From: Abditibacteriaceae bacterium
GTDB lineage: Bacteria; Armatimonadota; Abditibacteriia; Abditibacteriales; Abditibacteriaceae
Reading direction: 5' to 3'
DNA length: 64,000 nt
NCBI GenBank assembly: GCA_965277285.1
Contig: OZ255721.1
Span: forward strand, 3,680,001 to 3,744,000
The translations under genes and the position numbers were made by a program. The notes beneath the pieces are model-generated. The model had not been told where the DNA came from, did no database searches, and was given only the letters and a program-made list of their open reading frames with translations. Shown in pieces: positions 18,562 through 27,300 of this stretch (positions are counted from its first letter, which is position 1; each line of letters starts with the position of its first letter).

Positions 18562-20070
18562 TTAACTCCACTGACGAACCAGTTCGAGCGCCAGGCGCAC
18601 GCCAAAGCCGGTCGCGCCGCGCTTGGTCAAAGGCCGATCTTCGCGCACCAGGGCGACTGCGGCAATATCGACGTGCGCCCACGGGATGCCGTCTGAGACG
18701 AAATGCTCCAGGAAAACTGCCGCCGCGATGCTTCCGGCGCGCCGCTCGATCCCGATATTTTTCACGTCGGAAACCGTGCCTTTGACGTGTTCCTTATATT
18801 CGTCCCACATCGGGAACGGCCACAAACGCTCGCCGACATCTTCGCCCGCCGCGAGGACGCGATTCGCCAGATCGTCGTTGTTGGCAAACAATCCCGCCGC
18901 TTCCTGCCCCAACGCGATTCCTATCGCGCCCGTTAGCGTTGCAAAATCGACAATCGCGGCGGGCTTGAGTTCGCTGGCATAACTCAGCGCGTCCGCCAAA
19001 ATCAGGCGACCTTCGGCGTCGGTGTTCAAGATTTCGATGGTTTTGCCGTTGCGCGCCGTGACAATATCGCCGGGACGCATGGCGTGCCCGTTGATCATGT
19101 TTTCCGCGCTGGCAACGATTCCCATCACGCGACAGGGCGGCTTGAGATGCGCAATCGCCGACATCGCGCCCAGCACGACCGCCGCGCCGCCCATATCGTC
19201 TTTCATGTCTTCCATGCCCGCCGCGGGCTTGATCGAATATCCGCCAGTGTCGAAAGTCATGCCTTTGCCGACCAAGATTAAGGGCGCGTCGTGTTCGTGG
19301 CCAGAGGGCGAATAATCGAGAATGATGAAGCGCGGCGGATTGTCGCTGCCCATGCCGACGGCATATAACGATTCCATTTTCTCGGACTGAATGCGGTTTT
19401 CGTCCCACACGGTGCAGGCCAAACCGGTTTCGTGCGCGATCTGGCGCGCTTGTTCCGCCAGAAATTGCGGCGACTTTTTGTTGGACGGCAAGTTCACCCA
19501 GTGACGCGCGCGAAGGTTCGCTTCGGCTGCGATCTGCGCCCATTGAACTTCGCCCTGCATGGCGTCCGCGTCCGGCGAGAGAATCGTCGCGTTCTCGATT
19601 CGAGTACTCGATTTGCTGTCTTCGTCGGTCTTGAAGTCATCAAAGGTGTGCAAACCCAAAACAATGCCATCGACCAGCGCAGCGCCAACAACCGCGGGCG
19701 TCAGATGTGGCGCATCGGGATCGGCCAAGCGCGGAATGGCAACCGCGAAATCGGTTCGTTTGAGCGCGCGCACTTGACGCGCGGCTTTAGCGGCGGCTTT
19801 ACGAATCGCCGCTGCGTCCAACTTTTCCGGCTTTCCGGCGCCGACTAAAACCAATCGTTTAGCCGCGATTTGTCCATTGGTGGACAGCACGAAAGTTTCG
19901 CCGACTTTGCCCGTGAAACCATCTTCGCGCATCGTTTCCGAAATGATTCCGCCCAATTTTTCATCCAATTGCGCCACGTCGTCAGTCAGCGTTTCGCTTT
20001 GATAAATCGGCACGACCAGGCACGATGTCGAGTACTCGAAAGGCGAGGCGTTTTGTACGGCAATGTTCAT
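18562..20070 (-). CDS. pepA: Leucyl aminopeptidase (M17)
   Basis: VGKGMTFDTGG, MKDDMGGAA, NTDAEGRL and WAHVDIA motifs; AGGAGA RBS. Confidence 0.95.
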   Translation of the reverse strand: MNIAVQNASPFEYSTSCLVVPIYQSETLTDDVAQLDEKLGGIISETMREDGFTGKVGETFVLSTNGQIAAKRLVLVGAGKPEKLDAAAIRKAAAKAARQVRALKRTDFAVAIPRLADPDAPHLTPAVVGAALVDGIVLGLHTFDDFKTDEDSKSSTRIENATILSPDADAMQGEVQWAQIAAEANLRARHWVNLPSNKKSPQFLAEQARQIAHETGLACTVWDENRIQSEKMESLYAVGMGSDNPPRFIILDYSPSGHEHDAPLILVGKGMTFDTGGYSIKPAAGMEDMKDDMGGAAVVLGAMSAIAHLKPPCRVMGIVASAENMINGHAMRPGDIVTARNGKTIEILNTDAEGRLILADALSYASELKPAAIVDFATLTGAIGIALGQEAAGLFANNDDLANRVLAAGEDVGERLWPFPMWDEYKEHVKGTVSDVKNIGIERRAGSIAAAVFLEHFVSDGIPWAHVDIAAVALVREDRPLTKRGATGFGVRLALELVRQWS

Positions 20071-20083
20071 GTGTTCTCCTAAT

Positions 20084-20512
20084 TTAAGGTTTCATTTGCG
20101 GCGTGATGACGAAAGTTTGTGAACCAGCTTGTGTTGCAGTTTTCCAGTCGAGTTGAATCTTAACGGTTTGATGGCGATTTTGATTTAATTGTATTATTGG
20201 ACTTGTGAAATCAGAGTTTGCGAACCATATTTTGGCGAGAACGCGGCCATTCTGCCATTTTCCTACGCCATCTGGCACGTATATTTGGTCTCCGCCCTCA
20301 ACAATCCGCAGATTCGTTTCTACCTCGCCTGGCGAAAAATTGTGATAGAAAAACTGTAATCCCACGATGTTTTTCTGCTCACCGAAAGAGGTGAGCTTTA
20401 TCAAACGCGGCGAATCTACGATGACATCGGGACGTTTCTTGAAAATGCCAAATACCGCAATCGGCGCGATAATCATCAACAACCATAAGCCCGACGATGA
20501 TTTGTTTTTCAT
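20084..20512 (-). CDS. Hypothetical membrane-anchored protein, paralogue of 20522-21025
   Basis: Shares GLWLLMIIAP at the N-terminus and LDW...VITPQMK at the C-terminus with its neighbour. Confidence 0.6.
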   Translation of the reverse strand: MKNKSSSGLWLLMIIAPIAVFGIFKKRPDVIVDSPRLIKLTSFGEQKNIVGLQFFYHNFSPGEVETNLRIVEGGDQIYVPDGVGKWQNGRVLAKIWFANSDFTSPIIQLNQNRHQTVKIQLDWKTATQAGSQTFVITPQMKP

Positions 20513-20521
20513 GTTTCAGTC

Positions 20522-21025
20522 TCATTTATCTTTCATTTGCGGCGTGATAACAACGTCTTTTCGACTTTCAACGTTTTGACCGGCGGCGTTTGTAACAAAC
20601 CAATCGAGATGTACGTGAATCGGTTTTTGACGCTGTTTCTTGATGTTGAACACCGTTGTGCTGCAATAAGATCTGCCATAACAATTGAGGTCTAAATCGT
20701 CGCCGTCTTTGAGAACGCTTTGTCCCGTGTTTTGAATAACCTCTGAAGAACCTGATGAGATTATGGCACCAATCTCGGCGACGGGAGACGAGTTGAAAAA
20801 ACTCAGGCGCACTAAATATCCAGCGTTGTTCGGAAGTGGCGTGAACCGCAATTTACTGATGTGCGGCTTTCCCTGCGCAGCGGCTGATCTGGCCGCGTCA
20901 TCGAACGTGATTTCATCGCCCGTCACCTTATCGCGCAACTTCCGCTTTTCCTTGACACCAAAGAACACCGCAACTGGCGCGATAATCATCAACAGCCACA
21001 AGCCCCACAGCGGTTTTCGTTTCAT
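20522..21025 (-). CDS. Hypothetical membrane-anchored protein, paralogue of 20084-20512
   Basis: Same shared termini as its neighbour. Confidence 0.6.
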   Translation of the reverse strand: MKRKPLWGLWLLMIIAPVAVFFGVKEKRKLRDKVTGDEITFDDAARSAAAQGKPHISKLRFTPLPNNAGYLVRLSFFNSSPVAEIGAIISSGSSEVIQNTGQSVLKDGDDLDLNCYGRSYCSTTVFNIKKQRQKPIHVHLDWFVTNAAGQNVESRKDVVITPQMKDK

Positions 21026-21051
21026 ATCGAGTACTCGATTGTTGTTTTCGC

Positions 21052-21120
21052 GTAGGGACGCCAGCTTGCTGCGTCCCTTATTTCAAGCACGAAACGGACG
21101 CAGCAAGCTGGCGTCCCTAC
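21052..21120. repeat. GTAG-type REP doublet
   Basis: GTAGGGACGCCAGCTTGCTGCGTCC / GGACGCAGCAAGCTGGCGTCCCTAC. Confidence 0.85.
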
Positions 21121-21144
21121 ATTGCTGCGAGATCGTTTCTGCAA

Positions 21145-21897
21145 CTAATCGCTCAACGTCAAAATCTCCGGCCCATCGGATGTAATCGCCACCGTGTGTT
21201 CATAGTGACACGAAAGTTTGCCGTCGCTTGTGACATACGTCCATTTGTCGCTCAACTGCCGGACTTCGTGCGTGCCTTCGTTGACCATCGGTTCAATCGC
21301 AATCGTCATCCCGGGTTTCAAGACAACGCCCTGGCCGCGCACGCCGTAATTGGGAACTTGCGGCTCTTCCCACATCGAGCGCCCGACGCCGTGACCGCAC
21401 AACGGCCTGACGACGCCATAACCGTGCGTTTCGCAATGGTTTTGGATCGCCCAGCCGATGTCGCCCGTGCGGTTGCCGGCCTTGGCCTGCGCGATTCCCA
21501 GATACAACGCTTCTTCGGTGATTTTCATCAGGCGCGCGGCTTTGGCCGAAACTTCGCCGATGCCAATGGTGTGCGCGTTGTCGCCGACCCAGCCGCCCAA
21601 AAGCGTTCCAACGTCCAGCGACACGACATCGCCCGCACGAAACGGAATGACCGTCGGAATGCCATGCACAACGGCTTCATTGACCGAAACTGTGATCGTG
21701 TTCGGATAACCGTGATGACCCAGAAACGGACTTTTGGCGCCCGCTTCGGCGATCAGGCGGCGCGCCAAAGTGTCCAACTGCTTGGGCGTGACGCCTTCTT
21801 GCGCGGCTTCGCAAAGTGCATCGAGTACTCGACGCGCCAGTCGCCCGCTTTTGCGCATGGCTTCGATTTGCGCGCGGTTCTTGTAAGAAATCTTCAC
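21145..21897 (-). CDS. map: Type I methionine aminopeptidase
   Basis: SVNEAVVHGIP, GDVVSLDVG, GHGVG, AIEPMVN and HYEHTV motifs. Confidence 0.95.
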   Translation of the reverse strand: MKISYKNRAQIEAMRKSGRLARRVLDALCEAAQEGVTPKQLDTLARRLIAEAGAKSPFLGHHGYPNTITVSVNEAVVHGIPTVIPFRAGDVVSLDVGTLLGGWVGDNAHTIGIGEVSAKAARLMKITEEALYLGIAQAKAGNRTGDIGWAIQNHCETHGYGVVRPLCGHGVGRSMWEEPQVPNYGVRGQGVVLKPGMTIAIEPMVNEGTHEVRQLSDKWTYVTSDGKLSCHYEHTVAITSDGPEILTLSD

Positions 21898-22826
21898 TTA
21901 ATTCCCGAATCCTTCTTGATTTTCGTCCATTCGTCGGCTGTCACGCGCTTGACGTGACCATCGGCGAAAGCCACGCTGCGCTTGCCGTCGCTGCCGAAAT
22001 CGGCTTCGTAAATCGCCGCGGTATTGGCCGGATCCATCATGCTCGCCAGACTTTTCTTCGACAGAGCGGCGTTTGGCACGTAAAACTTGTTGTTGCTCGG
22101 CTGCAGAAAAACCTGATCGTTCTTAACGTAAGGATAAACCGCTTTTTTGAGCAAGTACATACTTTGCATCGGCGGCATATGTTCGTCGTTGTCCTGCGTA
22201 TATTGCATCACGCCCAGCATCAACTGTTTCAGGTTGGAATTGGACGACGCGTTGAGCGCGTTCGTGCGCGCTTCGCCGAAGACGCTGTTCATCGGCGAAT
22301 TGGCGTTGAACGCCGACGCATCGAACTGCTGCATTTCGTTGAAGGCGCCGGTCATGCGCACGTTGAGCAACGACAATTGCAGCACCGAAGTGGGCTTGAG
22401 CATCATATCCTGCATCATCTTGTCGGGGTTGGACTGTGAATTCATCGTTGCGAAGTTCATCGTCGAGGTCTTCATGCGATACGCGACCAGATACGTTTCA
22501 CCTGCGACAGAAATCTCATCGCCGCGTGAATAAAGCGCGTTTGAACCCATCATGCCGTAAGCGCTCATCATCAAGCTGCGCAAATCGTTGCTGTCGCTGA
22601 CGGTGAAAGAACGCCATGACGCGTTCAGATCGCTGCCCTTGATCGACATCGGCACGACGCTTCCCGACATAACATCTTTCCAACTGGCAACGTTGACGGT
22701 TTGCGCCGAAAACTGGGACGTGAAGCCTGAGGAGGGCACGTTCCCGCTTCCTCCATCGGCGTGTGCGGCGGCGGTTGAAATCAGTGCGAAAAAAGTTGCG
22801 GCGACAACTTGTTGTTTGGTGTTCAT
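21894..22826 (-). CDS. Secreted protein with DUF1559-like segment and H-X9-DG-type C-terminus (paralogue 1)
   Basis: Signal peptide; SNLKQLMLGVMQYTQDNDE..PP; AFADGHVK; AAGGAG RBS upstream of ATG 22826. Confidence 0.7.
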   Translation of the reverse strand: MNTKQQVVAATFFALISTAAAHADGGSGNVPSSGFTSQFSAQTVNVASWKDVMSGSVVPMSIKGSDLNASWRSFTVSDSNDLRSLMMSAYGMMGSNALYSRGDEISVAGETYLVAYRMKTSTMNFATMNSQSNPDKMMQDMMLKPTSVLQLSLLNVRMTGAFNEMQQFDASAFNANSPMNSVFGEARTNALNASSNSNLKQLMLGVMQYTQDNDEHMPPMQSMYLLKKAVYPYVKNDQVFLQPSNNKFYVPNAALSKKSLASMMDPANTAAIYEADFGSDGKRSVAFADGHVKRVTADEWTKIKKDSGIK

Positions 22827-22843
22827 CGTGTTCTCCTTTAGAA

Positions 22844-23755
22844 CTATTGGATATTTGAATCTTTCTTGATTTTCGTCCATTCGACTGGTGTCACGCGCTT
22901 GACGTGACCATCGGCAAAACCAACGGCACGTTTGCCGTCGCTGTCGAAATCGGCTTCGTAAATCATGGCTGTCATCGACGGTTGGTTGATGCTCGCCAAA
23001 CTCTTTTTCGACAAAGCCGCGTTCGGGACGTAGAACTTTTTGTTGATTGGCTGAACGAAAACGGTGTCGCTCCTGAGGAAAGGATAAATCGCTTTCTTGA
23101 GCTGATACATCGTTTGCATCGGCGGATAAACTTCGTCCTGCTCTTGCGAATACTGGATAACGGCAATTCCCAACTGTTTCAGATTCGACATCGATTGGCT
23201 GAGCAGAACTCTATTTTTAGAGTTTGTTGCGGCTCGGGCAAAACTTTCCGCATCGAAGGGCGCCACTTCGTAAAAATTATTGGCCGTGCTGAGGTTCAGC
23301 AGCGAAAGCACCAGCCGCGTGTTCGGCGTCAACACCATCGCCTTGAAAATGTCTTCTTGGCGCAAATTGCCCGTTACCAAATCTGCGACGGGACGCTTCA
23401 AGCGGTAGGTCACGAGATAAGTCTCGTTGTTTATCGAAAGCGTCGCGCCCGACGTGTAATAAAGACCGAAACTGTCGAAATTGAAGTTATAAGAGTAGGA
23501 ACTTCGCAGCAGATTGGTGACGGTGTCTTCCAGATGAAAGGTGCGCCACGTCGAATCCAAATTTCCCATCGTCACAGAAAGCGGCACCACGCGACCGCCC
23601 AAAACATCCGGCCAATTCGAGATTTGCGGCACTTGCGCCGAAGCAACTGTTGTAGCGCTTTTCTCGGCCTTCGAGTACTCGATTGTGTCGGCGCGAACGT
23701 TGACGGCTATTGAAATCAGCGACACCAATATTGCGACAACTTGTTTCGTCTTCAT
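22844..23755 (-). CDS. Secreted protein with DUF1559-like segment and H-X9-DG-type C-terminus (paralogue 2)
   Basis: SNLKQLGIAVIQYSQEQDE..PP; GFADGHVK; 3' end nearly identical in DNA to paralogue 1. Confidence 0.7.
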   Translation of the reverse strand: MKTKQVVAILVSLISIAVNVRADTIEYSKAEKSATTVASAQVPQISNWPDVLGGRVVPLSVTMGNLDSTWRTFHLEDTVTNLLRSSYSYNFNFDSFGLYYTSGATLSINNETYLVTYRLKRPVADLVTGNLRQEDIFKAMVLTPNTRLVLSLLNLSTANNFYEVAPFDAESFARAATNSKNRVLLSQSMSNLKQLGIAVIQYSQEQDEVYPPMQTMYQLKKAIYPFLRSDTVFVQPINKKFYVPNAALSKKSLASINQPSMTAMIYEADFDSDGKRAVGFADGHVKRVTPVEWTKIKKDSNIQ

Positions 23756-23771
23756 CGCGTTTCCTTTGAAA

Positions 23772-24974
23772 CTACTTGATTTTCGAGCCTCGCTTGTATT
23801 TTAACCATTGCGCGCCGTTCAGGCGGCGAACGTGGCCATCCAAAAAGGCGACCAGGCGCGAATTGTCTTTGTCGGGCTGCGTTTGATAGAGCGCGATCAT
23901 GTCGGCGGGCACCGAAATGTGCGCCGTTTTCTTGCCCGATAAAATCGTGTTCAGGCTGTAGAACGTTTTGTCGGGAGGCGGCGCCAGCGTTTGGGCTTTG
24001 ACATACGGTTGAATCGCTTTTTTGAAAGACGCCAGGTCGTCCATCGGCGGAATCAGGTTGTTGTGGTCTTGCGCATACAAAACAACGGCGAGCGCCAATT
24101 CGCGCAAATCGGCTCGTTGTTGGTCGGCGATGTTCAAAGGCAGCGTCGGCGCGACGACTTTTGGCGTGGCATTCGGAAGATTGTAATGCGCCCAGCCGCG
24201 CACGCGCTCGACGCGTGTATTGAAATTGAACGGCTGCGCCTTGTCCACAATCTTCACGGTTTTGAGATTGAGCAGCGTCAAATTCAGCGTGTGATCGCCC
24301 ATCCAGCGCGGAACCATGTCCATGAAACGCGCGTAAGACGGCGGTTTTTTGCTGTCGGGAAACACTTGCGCGAGGTCGTTCTGGCTCAAGGGCGCCAGAC
24401 GATAAACGATCAGGAACGAATCGTTGCCCGCCGTCGCAGTTTGCCATTGCGTGAAATACGTGCCTTCGCGCGCGCCCAGAACTTCGTTCATCAAATCGCT
24501 CATCGAAAGAGTGTTGCCCGTCGTCGCGCTCGATGTTCCAATTCCAGTACTCGAATCTTTATCGTTGACGTAAATCAGGCGCCACGCCGTGTTCAAGTCT
24601 TTGATGCGCAATGAAAGCGGCACGCTCGCATCTAAAAAAAGCCCACTGTTCGTCGCATTTTGTGGCGTCGGGATTGGCGTTGGTGTCGCAGCTGGCGTTG
24701 GTGTCGCAGCTGGCGTTGGTGTCGCAGCTGGCGTTGGTGTCGCAGCTGGCGTTGGTGTCGCAGCTGGCGTTGGTGTCGCAGCTGGCGTTGGTGTCGCAGC
24801 TGGCGTTGGTGTTGAAACCGGCGTCGGTGTGGCTGTTGAAGTTGGCGTCGAAATTGTTGTTGCTGTTGCAGTTGGTGTGGCTTTGAGCGTAGGCGACGGC
24901 GCAGCAGTTTGCGCGCGCGCCCCGACAGAAACGAGTGAAGCGATGATGAGTATCGCGTAAAAAGTTGGTTTCAT
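23772..24974 (-). CDS. Secreted protein with Pro/Thr linker and H-X9-DG-type C-terminus (paralogue 3)
   Basis: Signal peptide, (TPTPAA)7 linker, LRELALAVVLYAQD..PP, AFLDGHVR. Confidence 0.7.
   Translation of the reverse strand: MKPTFYAILIIASLVSVGARAQTAAPSPTLKATPTATATTISTPTSTATPTPVSTPTPAATPTPAATPTPAATPTPAATPTPAATPTPAATPTPAATPTPIPTPQNATNSGLFLDASVPLSLRIKDLNTAWRLIYVNDKDSSTGIGTSSATTGNTLSMSDLMNEVLGAREGTYFTQWQTATAGNDSFLIVYRLAPLSQNDLAQVFPDSKKPPSYARFMDMVPRWMGDHTLNLTLLNLKTVKIVDKAQPFNFNTRVERVRGWAHYNLPNATPKVVAPTLPLNIADQQRADLRELALAVVLYAQDHNNLIPPMDDLASFKKAIQPYVKAQTLAPPPDKTFYSLNTILSGKKTAHISVPADMIALYQTQPDKDNSRLVAFLDGHVRRLNGAQWLKYKRGSKIK
24675..24812. repeat. Perfect 18-bp tandem repeat, 7 full copies plus a partial copy
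   Basis: Unit TGGCGTTGGTGTCGCAGC; encodes TPTPAA on the minus strand. Confidence 0.95.
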
Positions 24975-24993
24975 ACAATTAAAATTGGGACCG

Positions 24994-25085
24994 AATAACG
25001 AACCCGAAGCGTGAGCGACGGGCTTGAGTAACAATCACATGAGACCCTTACTTAAGCCCGTCGCTCACGCTTCGGGTTCGTTATT
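24994..25085. repeat. REP-like doublet, GAACCCGAAGCG family
   Basis: AATAACGAACCCGAAGCGTGAGCGACGGGCTT / AAGCCCGTCGCTCACGCTTCGGGTTCGTTATT. Confidence 0.85.
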
Positions 25086-25100
25086 GTGACGGTTCAAAAG

Positions 25101-25961
25101 TTACGTATTCAATTGCCACAAGCGGTCGCGGAAAAGACACCAAACGGGAAACTCGATCTTCAGGCGCGCGATTTCTTTTTGCGCAGCGGCTTTGATTTCA
25201 TGGGTGCGGTAGCGTCCCGAAAAATGCTGCAAAACAAACGCTTTGGGCTGAATCTGCGCTGCGACTTCGAGCGCTTCGCCGATCGTCGAATGCAGTTGAT
25301 GCTTGCGCTCCGACGAATCTAAAATCGTCGCTTCGTGAACCAAAAGTTCGGCGCCGCACACGTTTTCGACTTTCAACGGCAAGCCATCGCCGCCAAAGGC
25401 CGCCACAATCGCTTGATAATCTTCGCTGATGTCCGCGCCGCTTTTGCGCAAATCGCGCAGTTCGTTGTCCGCGAGTTTCGAGTACTCGATCTTCAGGCGA
25501 CGGCGCGTTTCGAGGATTTTGTAGCCCAGCGTCAAGCGTCCTGTCATGTGTTCGGTCTCAAAGGTTTCGACGTGTCGCGCGTGCGTGCCTTCAGTTGTCA
25601 AAGAAAACGAATCTCCGGCGTCGAGCGGCGTCCAAGTCAGGTCGAAGGACAGTTTGGCGCGCGTGCGTTCGAGAAATTGCATCATGTCGGCGATGTAAAG
25701 GTCATCGCGCGGATAGAAAACTTCGAGCGGCTTGTTGTTATCGCCCATGCCCGCGGCGCGCGCCCACAATAAAACCGGCAAACCCGCGATATGATCGATG
25801 TGCCCGTGCGTTAAAAGGACGCGCTCAATGCCGAAACCCAGATTGCCAAGACTGGTCGAGCAACCTTCGCCGCAATCGATGAGCAGGTTGTCGGGCTTGT
25901 AGAAAAGCCACGATGAATAAAGACCTTTGGAAAAACCGAAGAGAAGAGAAGAAACATCCAC
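25101..25961 (-). CDS. rnz: Ribonuclease Z-like MBL-fold hydrolase (Thermotoga-type)
   Basis: FSKGLYSSWLFY, DCGEG, THGHIDH, HEAT, HST and HFSGRY motifs. Confidence 0.75.
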   Translation of the reverse strand: MDVSSLLFGFSKGLYSSWLFYKPDNLLIDCGEGCSTSLGNLGFGIERVLLTHGHIDHIAGLPVLLWARAAGMGDNNKPLEVFYPRDDLYIADMMQFLERTRAKLSFDLTWTPLDAGDSFSLTTEGTHARHVETFETEHMTGRLTLGYKILETRRRLKIEYSKLADNELRDLRKSGADISEDYQAIVAAFGGDGLPLKVENVCGAELLVHEATILDSSERKHQLHSTIGEALEVAAQIQPKAFVLQHFSGRYRTHEIKAAAQKEIARLKIEFPVWCLFRDRLWQLNT

Positions 25962-26102
25962 GCCAAGTATTATAAGTCAGGTGCGAACGAAAAGGCATGC
26001 GCGCGTACTTGAATCGCGTTTTGTGGAACACTGCACCGAAGCGTTTCGAGTACTCGAAATGCCTTACCGGAACAGTTCAACGTTCGTCCGAGGAGGAGCA
26101 CC

Positions 26103-26447
26103 ATGAACTCGATTTTTTTGTTGGCGCCATATCGTTACGAAGGAAAATGGGTTTTCGACGACCCGCACGTCGGATTGCACCGCGAACCGTTTGTCTTTGG
26201 CGCCGATACGATGCTCGATCAGATTACAAGCGACATTCCCGATGCGCAAAACGGTTTTCGCCTGCTGTTTTCCGCTGGCCCTTTTCCAGGCTACATGGCG
26301 CGCATCACGCATCGCCGCGAAGAATATGGCGGCAACTGGTATTTTTGGCCCGAAATGGATGTCGAAGGTTGGCTTTGCCCGGCGCTTTTCAAATACTTTG
26401 AAACCGCGCCACAAAGCATTTACGTGCGCGTGGAAGCCAAAGAATAA
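26103..26447 (+). CDS. Conserved hypothetical protein (DUF6717-like)
   Basis: PYRYEGKWVFDD..GL.REPFVFGAD...GWLCPALFKYF; GAGGAG RBS. Confidence 0.7.
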   Translation: MNSIFLLAPYRYEGKWVFDDPHVGLHREPFVFGADTMLDQITSDIPDAQNGFRLLFSAGPFPGYMARITHRREEYGGNWYFWPEMDVEGWLCPALFKYFETAPQSIYVRVEAKE

Positions 26448-26460
26448 TACGGAATGAGTT

Positions 26461-26489
26461 GTACGGGCGATTCGGCGAATCGCCCGTAC
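26461..26489. terminator. Hairpin between convergent genes (single GTAC-ended REP or terminator)
   Basis: GTACGGGCGATTCG-G-CGAATCGCCCGTAC; a similar hairpin lies at 49229-49256. Confidence 0.55.
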
Positions 26490-26521
26490 GCATAACTTCG
26501 AGTCCCGATATTCCGTATTTA

Positions 26522-27286
26522 TCATTCATCATTCCGTATCATTCTTTCCGGCATCGTGACGAACGTCAGTCCGCGATGGCGCGCTTCGCGGACGATTTTA
26601 TTGAGGGCTTGCGGCGTGCCGACTCCGGCGTCGTGCAATAGCAAAATATCGCCGCCGTGCAGGTTCGACAGAATGCGGTTGGCGATGTCCCACGCCGGAG
26701 GACGCGTCCAATCACCGGCGTTGTTGCTCCACCAGGCGAGCGTGTAACCATTGGCGTAAAGATAATTCATCACGCTGCGATCCAGTCCGCCGCCGGGTGG
26801 ACGAAACAAGCGCGTTTGTTCTCCCAGTTGGCCAATCGTAGTAAAGCAATCGGCGACTTCGTGACTGTATTCGCAGGGCGCGACATGCGTCAGATTGTGG
26901 TGATAGTGCGAGTGATTGCCCAGTTTGTTGCCGTCTTGCACCATGCGATGTGCCAGTTCGGGATACACCGTCAAGCCGTCGCTGATGCAGAAAAAAGTGG
27001 CCGGAACGTTGTTGCGTTTCAAGGAGGCCAGCAGCATTGGCGTCATCAAAGGATGCGGCGCGTCATCGAAAGTCAGCGCGACTTGCTGGCTTTGTCGCCC
27101 CAAATGCTCCACGTGACCCAAGGCCAAAATTGGCGCCGGTGGACGCCACCACGCGTAACTTCCCCAGATCGCCAACGTCGCCAAGACGAACGTCAGCGCG
27201 CGCTTCCATCCGAAACTTCGTTTATTGTCCGAAGTCTCGGGCGCTGCGGGTAAACGCGGCGATTGCATTGCGGTTTCGAGTGTCAT
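26522..27286 (-). CDS. Polysaccharide deacetylase (NodB/CE4)
   Basis: LTFDDAP, NHSHYH, FRPPGG and ILLLHD motifs; N-terminal TM anchor. Confidence 0.9.
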   Translation of the reverse strand: MTLETAMQSPRLPAAPETSDNKRSFGWKRALTFVLATLAIWGSYAWWRPPAPILALGHVEHLGRQSQQVALTFDDAPHPLMTPMLLASLKRNNVPATFFCISDGLTVYPELAHRMVQDGNKLGNHSHYHHNLTHVAPCEYSHEVADCFTTIGQLGEQTRLFRPPGGGLDRSVMNYLYANGYTLAWWSNNAGDWTRPPAWDIANRILSNLHGGDILLLHDAGVGTPQALNKIVREARHRGLTFVTMPERMIRNDE

Positions 27287-27300
27287 AACGATTTCCCAGT

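Noticed and set aside
24675..24812. 18-bp tandem repeat as a mini-CRISPR
   Set aside because: No spacers; it is an in-frame coding linker.
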